This document shows, in pieces, positions 16,167 to 27,684 of a stretch of 64,000 nt of DNA. A program made the translations under genes and the position numbers. The notes under the pieces are model-generated. The model was not told the DNA's origin. It was given only the letters and a program-made list of their open reading frames with translations, and made no database searches. Source of the DNA: Patescibacteria group bacterium (lineage in GTDB: Bacteria; Patescibacteriota; UBA1384; XYA2-FULL-43-10; 1-14-0-10-43-13); assembly GCA_041674765.1 (NCBI GenBank), contig JBAYVE010000004.1, forward strand, positions 26,751-90,750. Reading direction: 5' to 3'. The first letter of the stretch is position 1; the number at the start of each line of letters is the position of its first letter.

Positions 16167-18419
16167 ATGGTTGATGACACAAACACTACTAATATTGCTG
16201 CGAGACCTGCCGGGCAGAATATTGTTACAGGCGCTACATCGAGTTCCAAGGGCTTAAGTCCGTGGGATGACGATCTTGAGCTGCCTGAAGAAAAACCTAA
16301 GATTATTGGAACATTAGAGGGCGGCACTAGTCGAGTAGCGGCGAAGCCTTTTAGCTTGCCCGAGAATATAGAATCTACATCTGGCCCGAAAGTGGTTCAG
16401 GCCACAGATTTTATTCAGCCTGCGCCTCCAGCACCTCAAATGCCCCAGGCGTTGCAGGAGCCGGCGACGGTACAAGCCAAGCCTGAGATTAGCGGGATTA
16501 GCGATGCTAATTCTTCTTCCCCTGTTCCTGCTCAAACGATACCTCAAAAAGCTACGTTGTCATCACCACAACCGGTTGCCACCAAAAAATTTGTTGAGGG
16601 CTCTGCCCCCGACCAACCGACTGTTCAGGATATACGCCCTCCTATCTCGACTGTTACAACTCCTCCTGTTATGGAGATGAAGCCTCTCGCGCCAATTCCT
16701 GAGTCATCCAAGGCGACTGAACCTGAGCGAACGAAAACGAATCTTTTCTCCAGTTTGAGGATGTTTGGAAAAAAGGAGAAAAGAGCTGTCCCTGCTGCAC
16801 AAACAATTCAAACGAATGCCAATCCGAATAAAGAACCTTTCAATCTGAAGGTTCCGCTAACTGTTTTTACTTTTATTTTGATATTCATCGCCCTAGTTGC
16901 AGCAACGGAGAAAGGGTTTATCTCTATCGGGCTTGAGAAAGTTTACGGCGCTGTCGGAATCGAGCAGCTATGGGGAGGATTATCGAAGAACACAGAGCAG
17001 GCGCTTGGTAGATCGATTCTCAGTATGGCGGATCATCCTGAATTCAAGGTCAAAGGCAGTCTGGAACTCACGATAGATAAGACCATAAAATCGGAGATTA
17101 CTACACCACTAGTCTCTGAGAAAGAGGCCAGACAAATCTGGACTATGGCTCCGTTAACGCAGGCGATTTTGGCAGTTTTTGAAACAGACGTTTACGATGA
17201 TAATTCAGTATCTGACAATTCAAGCCTGTATTCTACTGATTATAGTTTCGGCGATACGAGTGATCCAGCCGCTGACGACAGTTATTATGGGGATTATGAT
17301 AATTCAAATAGTAACAACAGCAGCTCGCCGACAAACTCCAATACCGGACTTAGTAATACAAATACCCCTGCAGCTGATCTGGAGAATCCTTACCTAAATG
17401 AGAGCGAACTTTCTCCGTATGAAAGTATTGGAACTGAGACAACATCGAAGCAGATCAATATTGGCGTACAAGCCAACTCGAGTGCAGCGGGGCATGAAGC
17501 AACGTTGAGCGTTAACCGTGCGGCTGGAAGCTCTCAGATTTCACTTAAAAACAGTGATAATACGCTTTGGGTGAAGAGTGATAATATTTTATTTAGTAAC
17601 AACGCTGATCCGAATAAATGGTTGCAGTATGACTTCGCAAAGATGCAGGGTAACAAACTGAAGGATGTAATTTTCAGTCAAACAGTCGCAAAGAGCATTG
17701 TTATTGATGGTCAGCGCGTCGGAAGCGAAAAAATTGGTCAAACACTAACTTACAAATATACTATCTCTAAACTTGAATTTGGCGATAGTTTAGAAAAAAT
17801 CGGAATATCCTCCGACGTAGTTCAAAATATTCAGGGCGATGTTTGGATTGGCGTTGCCGATAAGCTCATACGCAAAATTACCTTGAAAATTGGAGCCTCT
17901 CCTTCCTATGCCGTCTCTGCGATGATTCTCAATTTAGAATTCTCCGAGTTCGATCAGAAAAATGAGTACATTTACCCTGATGTATCTTCGGTGGTCAAGC
18001 CTGACGGGAGTTCACTTGTTTCTGAAGAGATTATTGAGACGCCATCGGCGACTGGTTCAGAATCTTCAGTCAACAGTAATTCTTCTACTGTCACTGTTGT
18101 TCCGACAAATGATGAAACAAGAATGAGCGATTTGGCCGGGATCAAGGCTGCACTGGAGAACTATAAAATAGCTAATAAAAAATATCCTATTGCGGTTGAA
18201 AACGTCCGTCTCAATACTCTGGGCAATGCCGTCGAAAAGGCACTTGTCCCTAAGTATATTTCGGCGCTTGCAAAGGATCCAAACGATAGCTCCGGATGGT
18301 ACTATGGGTATAAATCCATCAACGGGTCCAGTTTTGAATTGAGTGCAAGAATTGAAGATATTTCAGACAGTCAGGCAAAAAAAGTCGGAAATGTATATCT
18401 TTACATTCTGACGAACTGA
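16167..18419 (+). CDS. Large single-pass membrane protein with Pro-rich N-terminus and C-terminal pilin/GspG-like domain
   Basis: TM around VPLTVFTFILIFIALVAA; C-terminus DETRMSDL..IKAALENY...KYP...LVPKYI..LAKDP...YYGY; ATG 16167 behind ggaggg. Confidence 0.6.
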   Translation: MVDDTNTTNIAARPAGQNIVTGATSSSKGLSPWDDDLELPEEKPKIIGTLEGGTSRVAAKPFSLPENIESTSGPKVVQATDFIQPAPPAPQMPQALQEPATVQAKPEISGISDANSSSPVPAQTIPQKATLSSPQPVATKKFVEGSAPDQPTVQDIRPPISTVTTPPVMEMKPLAPIPESSKATEPERTKTNLFSSLRMFGKKEKRAVPAAQTIQTNANPNKEPFNLKVPLTVFTFILIFIALVAATEKGFISIGLEKVYGAVGIEQLWGGLSKNTEQALGRSILSMADHPEFKVKGSLELTIDKTIKSEITTPLVSEKEARQIWTMAPLTQAILAVFETDVYDDNSVSDNSSLYSTDYSFGDTSDPAADDSYYGDYDNSNSNNSSSPTNSNTGLSNTNTPAADLENPYLNESELSPYESIGTETTSKQINIGVQANSSAAGHEATLSVNRAAGSSQISLKNSDNTLWVKSDNILFSNNADPNKWLQYDFAKMQGNKLKDVIFSQTVAKSIVIDGQRVGSEKIGQTLTYKYTISKLEFGDSLEKIGISSDVVQNIQGDVWIGVADKLIRKITLKIGASPSYAVSAMILNLEFSEFDQKNEYIYPDVSSVVKPDGSSLVSEEIIETPSATGSESSVNSNSSTVTVVPTNDETRMSDLAGIKAALENYKIANKKYPIAVENVRLNTLGNAVEKALVPKYISALAKDPNDSSGWYYGYKSINGSSFELSARIEDISDSQAKKVGNVYLYILTN

Positions 18420-18528
18420 TAGTACGATAAGACAGTTCATAAGGTAAAGTTTTTAAGGCAGTAAGGAGCTTCAACTGCTGGATGAATTTTCCAACTTTAT
18501 ATCTTGAAAAACTAAAAAAGGAGCAAAT

Positions 18529-19080
18529 ATGGCATTTTGGATAATCATTGCTGTTATAGCGATACTAGCCATCGCCGTAATCGGCATATACAATAATTTA
18601 GTGAAATTACGAATCAGGGCAGACGAAGCTTGGAGCGATATCAACGTTCAGATGAAGAGAAGATATGATCTGATCCCAAATTTAGTTGAAACTGTCAAAG
18701 GTTACGCCAAACATGAGAGAGAGGCTTTTGAGAATGTTACCAAGGCCAGAGCAGAAGCTCTGGGTGCCACGGGCGTCGCCGATAAATCTAAGGCCGAAAA
18801 TCAGCTGGAAGGGGCGCTCAAAACAATATTCGCGGTTGCTGAAGCTTACCCAGACCTCAAGGCAAATCAGAATTTCGCACAACTACAGACCGAACTGACA
18901 GATACGGAAGATAAAATTCAGGCATCCCGTCGCTTTTATAATAGCAATGTGCGAGAGTTGAATATCGCGATTCAATCATTTCCGACCAGCATCCTCGCTG
19001 GTATGTTCCGCTTCCAAACGAAAGAGCTCTTCGAATTGGAGGAGGCAGAGGAAAAAGAGCCGGTCAAAGTTAAGTTTTAA
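18529..19080 (+). CDS. lemA: LemA family protein
   Basis: YNNLV, WSDINVQMKRRYDLIPNLV, AEAYPDLKANQNF, RRFYN. Confidence 0.95.
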   Translation: MAFWIIIAVIAILAIAVIGIYNNLVKLRIRADEAWSDINVQMKRRYDLIPNLVETVKGYAKHEREAFENVTKARAEALGATGVADKSKAENQLEGALKTIFAVAEAYPDLKANQNFAQLQTELTDTEDKIQASRRFYNSNVRELNIAIQSFPTSILAGMFRFQTKELFELEEAEEKEPVKVKF

Positions 19081-19197
19081 ATGCTAAAATTATTCTTGGA
19101 GTGTTTATATCTTGAGCGTTTAAAAAATGAAAGACGTGTCAGAATGGAACGGTTTTAATCCGTTCGGATAGAAAACAATAATAAAACTGGAGTCTTG

Positions 19198-19560
19198 ATG
19201 AAGTTAAATTTCAATAAACCGAACCTTTCGATCCCAAAAATGAAATTGGTCAAACTGGACATTTCTAAGATCAATCTTAGAAAGCTGAACGGAATGACTA
19301 TTTTGGCGGTCTTGTCATACTTAAGTATACTGGTAATAATCCCGGTATTATTTGGTCGAAAGAGTTCATATATCCGATTTCATGCGAGACAAGGGATCGC
19401 ACTGCTTTTTTTGTGGGTAATTTTTAGTTTTTCTTTTTATCTGCCTTTCATTCCGTGGGTGTTGGCAGTGATAATCATCGCTTCGATAATCTACGGCATA
19501 GTCAATGCGGTGACCGGAAAAGAGAGAATATTGCCGCTGGTGGGGAAATACGCCAAGTAA
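19198..19560 (+). CDS. DUF4870-like small membrane protein
   Basis: LAVLSYL, RFHARQG, LPLVG motifs; start uncertain. Confidence 0.7.
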   Translation: MKLNFNKPNLSIPKMKLVKLDISKINLRKLNGMTILAVLSYLSILVIIPVLFGRKSSYIRFHARQGIALLFLWVIFSFSFYLPFIPWVLAVIIIASIIYGIVNAVTGKERILPLVGKYAK

Positions 19561-19593
19561 TTAATGCGAAAATAGAAAATAAACTATTATATT

Positions 19594-20511
19594 ATGAATC
19601 TTTGGACACAAGTAGATAGTAATAAAAGGAGGAGCGCCGCACTGGTGTTCTTCTTTGTGTTAATCGTGATTGGGCTTGGTTGGCTTTTTTCATATGTTTA
19701 TAATTCTCCGGCAATTCTTGTGATTGCTGTCATAATAGCAGTTGTTCAAGCGCTTTTGAGTTATTATTCGGGTGACGCAATCGTTTTAGCAACTTCGGGC
19801 GCTCAACAAATACAAAAAAAGGATAATCCGGAACTCTGGCGCATTGTTGAGAACCTGTCGATAACTGCAGGCTTGCCGATGCCAAAAGTCTATATTATCC
19901 CCGATGCTGCACCAAATGCTTTTGCAACCGGCAGAGACCCGAAACACGCTTCGGTGGCAGTAACAGCAGGGCTGTTGCAACGCCTGGACAAAAATGAACT
20001 CTCTGGAGTGATCGCTCATGAACTATCGCATGTCGGTAATTACGATATTCGGCTGATGACGATCGTAGCAGTATTGGTTGGAGTAATCGCGCTCGTCTCT
20101 GACATTTTTCTGCGTTCTCGTTTATTTGGCTTTGGCGGGAAGAGGGATGAAAATAGTGGAGGCGGCCAAATTCAAACAATCTTACTGATTGTTTCCATTG
20201 TCGCCGCAATATTGGCGCCGATTATTGGCATCATCGTTCAACTTGCAATTTCACGACGGCGCGAATATTTGGCTGATGCCGATGGCGCTTTGTTGACAAG
20301 ATATCCGGAAGGATTGGCGGGTGCTTTGGAAAAAATATCACAGTATAAGGCTCCGATGCGAAAAACAAGCACTGCTACTGCTCATTTATTTATCGCCAAT
20401 CCACTTGGCGCGAAAGAAAAGGGTGAGGATCAATCCGGTTTTGTAAAATTATTCTCAACTCATCCGCCGGTAAAAGAGCGTATTAAGATTTTGAGAGAAA
20501 TGTCTCTCTAA
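19594..20511 (+). CDS. htpX: M48 zinc metalloprotease HtpX
   Basis: PNAFATGR, HELSH, SRRREYLAD, FSTHPP. Confidence 0.95.
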   Translation: MNLWTQVDSNKRRSAALVFFFVLIVIGLGWLFSYVYNSPAILVIAVIIAVVQALLSYYSGDAIVLATSGAQQIQKKDNPELWRIVENLSITAGLPMPKVYIIPDAAPNAFATGRDPKHASVAVTAGLLQRLDKNELSGVIAHELSHVGNYDIRLMTIVAVLVGVIALVSDIFLRSRLFGFGGKRDENSGGGQIQTILLIVSIVAAILAPIIGIIVQLAISRRREYLADADGALLTRYPEGLAGALEKISQYKAPMRKTSTATAHLFIANPLGAKEKGEDQSGFVKLFSTHPPVKERIKILREMSL

Positions 20512-20523
20512 TTCAGCTCCAAA

Positions 20524-20712
20524 TGTCATCCTCGGGACCAATGGTGATCTTGGAAATGGTACCCGGGGATCCAATTCCTTATTTATATTAGAGGACAGGG
20601 GGCTCTTTCTCTTCGAGTCTGAGCGACGAGGTCGCTAGGCCTCAGAGTCGAAGACCGATGCCTGAATAATTCTATAAACCCCCTCTAGCTCCCCCTTGAG
20701 AAGGGGGAGAAA
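20524..20712. repeat. Cluster of GTCAT, TTCGA and CCTC palindromes
   Basis: tgtcatcctcgggacc..cccggggatcc; cttcgagtctgag..ctcagagtcgaag; ctcccccttgagaagggggag. Confidence 0.8.
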
Positions 20713-20741
20713 ATAGTGTTTTGGTAAGATTCAATTGGATA

Positions 20742-21314
20742 CTAATTAACTTTAAACATCCCGCCGTGGCCGGGGATGATATAATCGGCAAGTTCTAAGA
20801 CTTTTTTTCTCGATTCGATAAGTTCGGGCATATCAGTTGCATACGGATCATTTTCGGGATAGTTCTCTTTCCAAAAGACATCGCCGACAACGGCTACTTT
20901 GCCGCTTGTGGTTTGGACAAGAAAAGTCAGGGCGTCACGGTTATGCCCCGGGGTTTTGACGATCTCAATATTATCAGAATATTTACCATTTTCGATATCT
21001 CTGTCTCTACCTTCCTGCCATTCGCCGAAGAATTCAACAATTCTAGTCGTCTCCGGAAACATCCCCGCATTACGATAGTGATCAATATGTGAATGGGTGA
21101 TAAAGATATGGGTGATATCTATTACTTTCAAATTTTCCCTTGCCAGGGCATCAATAAGCATCTGTTGGCTAGGAAGTTCTCCGGGATCGACAATGCCAAT
21201 AATATCACCGTCTTTTATCAGTGATATTGTAGCTGCTGTAGTTGGCTCCTTGCCTGCCAAATGGCAGTCTTTATGCAGCCACCCCTCGATCAATATTTTA
21301 ACTTCTGCTGCCAT
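20742..21314 (-). CDS. MBL-fold metallo-hydrolase (MBLAC1-like)
   Basis: THSHIDH, TPGH, VGD, IPGH. Confidence 0.9.
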   Translation of the reverse strand: MAAEVKILIEGWLHKDCHLAGKEPTTAATISLIKDGDIIGIVDPGELPSQQMLIDALARENLKVIDITHIFITHSHIDHYRNAGMFPETTRIVEFFGEWQEGRDRDIENGKYSDNIEIVKTPGHNRDALTFLVQTTSGKVAVVGDVFWKENYPENDPYATDMPELIESRKKVLELADYIIPGHGGMFKVN

Positions 21315-22224
21315 AATACTCCTTGATTAGGGGGATAATTTCCTTGCGCATAATGATTCCTTGACGGATTGCATAATTATCCCTGAATTTGATATTTAGG
21401 ACGCTCTCGAGCATTTGACTGGTCTCTTTTTCCGTGGAGATAAACAGATTGAGATTATCACTCAGATCTATTGTTGTCAGGAATATCTCATCAAGCTCAA
21501 ATTGATTTTTTATTTCTGTTAATGTAATGGATATCTCTTGTAGTTTGCCAAGCAAAATATTTGAACCAGTTATTTCCAGTTGAAGAATACCTATCTTGAG
21601 ACCACCAAATTCCTGGATTTTCATATCATCAACCAGACTCTCCTCAAGATTGGCGAGAATTTCTTTTGTTTTGGTTTGCAGCATCGTGTCTGCAATATCT
21701 TTTGGAGCTTCAGCAATCTTGGATAACCAGTCTGCCATCACGATATCCCTATCAGTAGTTGTATTGGATTTAAAATTTAAGGTGTTGGAAACAATGCCGC
21801 CATACAAAAGGAAAGCTGAGTTCTTTGAGAGCTCAATTTTATTATTGTAGAATCTCTCCGCAATGAGTGTAGCTGCTGCCCCGACAGGTTCAATTTGCCG
21901 CTTTGCATTTTTGAAAGACGTTTCATCGGTTACTTTGCGGTGATCTATGATTTCGATAACATTGTCTGGGTTGATATCCTTAGACAAGCCTGGTAGATCG
22001 CTTGTATCTACCAAAACTAATTGGGATTTTGAACCAATTTTTCCGGTTGGAAATTCGATTTTGAGATAATTGAGTAAGTATTTAACTTCAGGATGCGGCT
22101 TACCGGTCAAGATCGGCATTGCCGGTTTGTCATTTTGGCACAAAAAGTCGGAATAGGCGATAGCGGACGCTGTGCCATCGAGGTCTGGCCCGTCATAGCT
22201 CGTTACGATTATTTTTTCTGTCAT
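21298..22224 (-). CDS. ppaC: Mn-dependent inorganic pyrophosphatase (DHH/DHHA2, family II-like)
   Basis: PDLDGTASAIAY, LVD, IIDHR, VGAAATL, TTDRD, MRK; some metal ligands are divergent. Confidence 0.8.
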   Translation of the reverse strand: MTEKIIVTSYDGPDLDGTASAIAYSDFLCQNDKPAMPILTGKPHPEVKYLLNYLKIEFPTGKIGSKSQLVLVDTSDLPGLSKDINPDNVIEIIDHRKVTDETSFKNAKRQIEPVGAAATLIAERFYNNKIELSKNSAFLLYGGIVSNTLNFKSNTTTDRDIVMADWLSKIAEAPKDIADTMLQTKTKEILANLEESLVDDMKIQEFGGLKIGILQLEITGSNILLGKLQEISITLTEIKNQFELDEIFLTTIDLSDNLNLFISTEKETSQMLESVLNIKFRDNYAIRQGIIMRKEIIPLIKEYYGSRS

Positions 22225-22284
22225 CGTATGTCATCCTTTCAGAAGCTATTTTTAATAACCAAAGCATCTCAAAAAATCTAGCCC

Positions 22285-22324
22285 TTGACAATATTTAATT
22301 GATTATGCTACACTGTGTTAACAC
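22285..22324 (+). promoter_or_regulatory. Promoter with adjacent palindrome upstream of the TrpR-like gene
   Basis: TTGACA-18-TACACT with TGn; perfect palindrome GTGTTAACAC at 22315-22324. Confidence 0.5.
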
Positions 22325-22355
22325 GATGATACTAATCAAGAATTATCAAAAAAAG

Positions 22356-22655
22356 ATGAAAAGAGAATTGGAACCGGAATTACAATCAAAAGCAGCCAAG
22401 AAACTTTATGAAATTTTGGCGTTGATCGAAAAGCCAGAAGAGATGGCATCCTTTTTGCGCGATCTTTTGACCTTGGAAGAAATCGAAGAGGCGAGCCGGC
22501 GGTTTTTGATTGCCGGGCAACTTAAGAAAGGGGACAAAAGCATCCGTGACATTGCGAAGGAATTTGGCGTTTCGACAACGACTGTTGTTCGTATAAATTA
22601 TTGGTTGCATCACGGCACGGGTGGATATGGGATTGCTTTGGAGAAGCTAGAGTAG
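22356..22655 (+). CDS. YerC/YecD TrpR-like DNA-binding protein
   Basis: FLRDLLTLEEI..RR...SIRDIA..GVSTTTVVRI..WL.HGTGGY. Confidence 0.9.
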   Translation: MKRELEPELQSKAAKKLYEILALIEKPEEMASFLRDLLTLEEIEEASRRFLIAGQLKKGDKSIRDIAKEFGVSTTTVVRINYWLHHGTGGYGIALEKLE

Positions 22656-22741
22656 ATTAGTTTCTCCAAGTGGAATTTCATATCTGCGATGAATCCGCAA
22701 TTACGCGGATTTTTTGGTGCCAAATTCTAGAGGAGTAAACC

Positions 22742-22939
22742 ATGAAATCACTCGCTAGTACGGAACAAAAACCTCAGGCGGTAATTGCCGAGAGGACAGC
22801 ACAGACTAGCCATACCACTCTTGAAGTGACTTGGGTCTGCCCGCAATGTAACCGAAAAATTATAACATTGGCATTTCCGGGCGATCTTGAGCTTGAGGCC
22901 GATTGTTCTTGCGGACATTCAGTAGCAATCCGTGTTTAG
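22742..22939 (+). CDS. Small putative zinc-ribbon protein
   Basis: CPQC...CSCGH; RBS gaggag; followed by a terminator hairpin. Confidence 0.6.
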   Translation: MKSLASTEQKPQAVIAERTAQTSHTTLEVTWVCPQCNRKIITLAFPGDLELEADCSCGHSVAIRV

Positions 22940-22980
22940 TTGTAATCTTCAGTTAGAGATTAGCGACAACGTCAACCTTT

Positions 22981-23013
22981 GCCCCGATGGTTTATTCCGT
23001 CGGGGCGCTTTTT
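22981..23013 (+). terminator. Intrinsic terminator
   Basis: gccccgatgg-loop-ccgtcggggc followed by T-tract. Confidence 0.7.
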
Positions 23014-23162
23014 CTATTGAAGGAAGCAATATTAACGGTTAAAATCATAATAGTTAGAGTTTATAAAGTTCATAAAGCTGGAAAGTTATAAAGTGGATAA
23101 AAGAAGGAGCAAAAGCCGAGGGATCTGTATCTTGTTTCAGGATCCAACAATGAAGGAAATAG

Positions 23163-25223
<2,061 letters not shown>

Positions 25224-25236
25224 TAAAATATATTTT

Positions 25237-25494
25237 ATGTTAGATAAATCAGATATAAAAATTATCAAAACTCTTCTTGCCGAGCAAAAGGACGGCATTA
25301 TTGAGGAGGTCAAAGACATTGTTGATTTTGCGATAGAGAAATCAGAATCAAAGATGAATGATAGATTTGATAAGGTTGATCAGAGATTTGACCAAGTTGA
25401 TGTAAGACTTGATAAAATGGATCAGTCAATCTCGGATTTGGCGGAAACCGATCAATATATATTGGATCACCTAAATAAGCATGAAAAAAAATAG
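25237..25494 (+). CDS. Small coiled-coil protein with RFDxVD heptads, possibly frameshifted
   Basis: RFDKVDQRFDQVDVRLDKMD; stop immediately after the A8 tract at 25484-25491. Confidence 0.65.
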   Translation: MLDKSDIKIIKTLLAEQKDGIIEEVKDIVDFAIEKSESKMNDRFDKVDQRFDQVDVRLDKMDQSISDLAETDQYILDHLNKHEKK

Positions 25495-25580
25495 TTCGTT
25501 TGGAAGTAAAAGCCGGAATTGGCGAAGTTTAGTCTCGTGACCTACTATTTTTGAACTATTTAGAGAATCACTTTTTATTT

Positions 25581-26498
25581 ATGAAAAAACTAGATTTACC
25601 AAAAATAGATATTCACAAGATTGAAGAAATCGCATCGCTTGGCAAGGCTGATTTGCATATCCACTCGAATCATTCTGACGCTCGTCCCTCAATCCAGGAA
25701 ATTCTTGATTATGTTGAAAATCATACGAATTTGGATGTGATTGCAATTACCGATCATGACAAAATTAGCGGAGCCTTGGAAGCACAGGAACTTTTGAGAC
25801 AGAAGAAATACCGCTTTGAGGTTATTATCGGCGAGGAAGTCACAAGTAAAGAAGGACACATTCTTGGTTTGTTCTTAAAAGAGCCAATTCCAGGCGGTTT
25901 AAATGCTCACCATACTTTGGAAAGGATTCATGCGCAGGGGGGTATTGCGATTGCAGCTCATCCATTTCAGCATGTCCGGGTAAGAGATCCCAGATATTTA
26001 ACGCTTGATGGTGTTGGTTTGGTCACAATTGTTAAAGAAAAGAACGGTTTTGATGCCGTTGAAGTAGTGAATGCAACGCCAACCTTGGGTGAAGAAAATC
26101 TCCGGGCCGCATTTGTAAATAGAACGATGCTTTTCAAAGGTGAAACTGGATCATCTGATGCTCATATTGTGGAAGCGATCGGCAAAGGTTATACGCTTTT
26201 TGAAGGCAATACAGTGCAAGATTTGCACAAAGCATTGAAGCATCATCAGACTCAAGCTATGTATGCCCCCTGGACTTTAATGGCTCTGTTTAAATATCTT
26301 TTCTTTTTCATCCCCAAAGGCCTCAGATTAGCTTTTTTCACACTAGTAAAAGGACGGAGAGAGAAACGCCCTCAATTGATCAATTTGCCAAAGATAAAAC
26401 TCCGTCCGGATCTATTCCTTAAAAGCAGCGGATTATTTACCCTCCGCAAACCGGAAGAAAAAGAAGACGGCAAAGAGGGAAAAATAACCATCAATTGA
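25581..26498 (+). CDS. PHP-domain phosphoesterase
   Basis: DLHIHSNHSD, ITDHD, GEE, AHP, SSDAH. Confidence 0.9.
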   Translation: MKKLDLPKIDIHKIEEIASLGKADLHIHSNHSDARPSIQEILDYVENHTNLDVIAITDHDKISGALEAQELLRQKKYRFEVIIGEEVTSKEGHILGLFLKEPIPGGLNAHHTLERIHAQGGIAIAAHPFQHVRVRDPRYLTLDGVGLVTIVKEKNGFDAVEVVNATPTLGEENLRAAFVNRTMLFKGETGSSDAHIVEAIGKGYTLFEGNTVQDLHKALKHHQTQAMYAPWTLMALFKYLFFFIPKGLRLAFFTLVKGRREKRPQLINLPKIKLRPDLFLKSSGLFTLRKPEEKEDGKEGKITIN

Positions 26499-26565
26499 AC
26501 GGTTTGCAGTTGAACTTTAGATGCGTTAATGTTAGGATTTCTTTGTAGCATTAACCAGATTTATT

Positions 26566-26859
26566 ATGCCAAAATTGACCGCTGAAGAGGTCTTGCATAT
26601 TGCTAGACTTTCTAAACTAGAGCTTTCAAAGGAAGAGACGGGAAAATATCAGGAACAGCTTTCTTCTATTTTGGCGTATGTGGAACAGCTAAATGAAGTT
26701 GATACAGATGGTGTCGAGCCGACTGCAAACGTCACGGGGCTGGAAAACGTGGAGCGCGAAGATATAGTTGAGCCGTCGGGAATTACACATGAAGATATCG
26801 CGAAGAATGCACCTGAATTTAAGGACGGCAGCTTCATTGTTCCGGGTGTATTCGAATAA
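26566..26859 (+). CDS. gatC: Asp/Glu-tRNA amidotransferase subunit C
   Basis: HIARLSKL, QLNEVDT.GVEPT, RED, NAP, F.VP. Confidence 0.95.
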   Translation: MPKLTAEEVLHIARLSKLELSKEETGKYQEQLSSILAYVEQLNEVDTDGVEPTANVTGLENVEREDIVEPSGITHEDIAKNAPEFKDGSFIVPGVFE

Positions 26860-26881
26860 ATGATAAAATCAAAAGGAGATT

Positions 26882-27544
26882 ATGAACCCAGAACAATTTA
26901 GCGACGTTGGCGTTAGGCAGCCAAAAGATATGTCCCCAATGGATATACCCAGTGGGGTCGATCTTCATGAAAATAAGCTTCTTGACGACCAGGGAAGAGC
27001 CATTTTTAAATATGGCCTAGAGAGGATGTTGGCCGGGTCTATCAGGACTTTTGGAGAAGAACCAGATTCTCCAGCCGAGTATACCGATGGATCACTTCTC
27101 ATTTTTCAGCCCGGCTATTTTTATGTTCATGTAGCGAAACGAGACTTAGCAGCAGAAGAAATCAACAGTATTGGGCAGCTAGTAGCCGATCTAGATATTA
27201 AGTATAGCTATCACGAGTATCTAGCAAAGGCAGTGAAACAACTGGATGAAATTGCGCAGACAGCAAAACCACTCGAACTATCAAGGGCAAGGGTTGAGTC
27301 GGAGTATATTGTTGGGGAGAAAAGTAATACTGGTTTCGCTGATGATGCAATGAACAAGGAACTCGCTGATCTGGGTGTTATAGCTGGCAAAATGAGAGAA
27401 CGCCTTCCTGTCCTGCACGCTGAGATCTTGTCGATTCAAACAAATTTAAAAGAACTTGGAGTCTCGCTTATTCGAAGTCAAACTGGTGATCAAACTGGTG
27501 GAAGAGCGTTTCCAATCGGATTAGTTAGAGCGGATATTGAATAA
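26882..27544 (+). CDS. Hypothetical protein
   Basis: 220-aa ORF with RBS aaggag; no recognisable motif. Confidence 0.65.
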   Translation: MNPEQFSDVGVRQPKDMSPMDIPSGVDLHENKLLDDQGRAIFKYGLERMLAGSIRTFGEEPDSPAEYTDGSLLIFQPGYFYVHVAKRDLAAEEINSIGQLVADLDIKYSYHEYLAKAVKQLDEIAQTAKPLELSRARVESEYIVGEKSNTGFADDAMNKELADLGVIAGKMRERLPVLHAEILSIQTNLKELGVSLIRSQTGDQTGGRAFPIGLVRADIE

Positions 27545-27560
27545 ATAATTGCCCCTTGGT

Positions 27561-27671
27561 TGTCATTTCGACTCCCTGATGTGTTGTCAGGGGCGGAGAA
27601 ATCTTTTGCGGCACAATGGCGTTAAGTCAGTCTAAAGATCTCTCGGCTGGCTACCGCCGCTCGAGATGACA
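27561..27671. repeat. GTCAT-type inverted doublet (REPIN-like)
   Basis: tgtcatttcgac...ggagaaatct spacer agatctctc...ctcgagatgaca. Confidence 0.85.
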
Positions 27672-27684
27672 GAAAAGAAAAACA

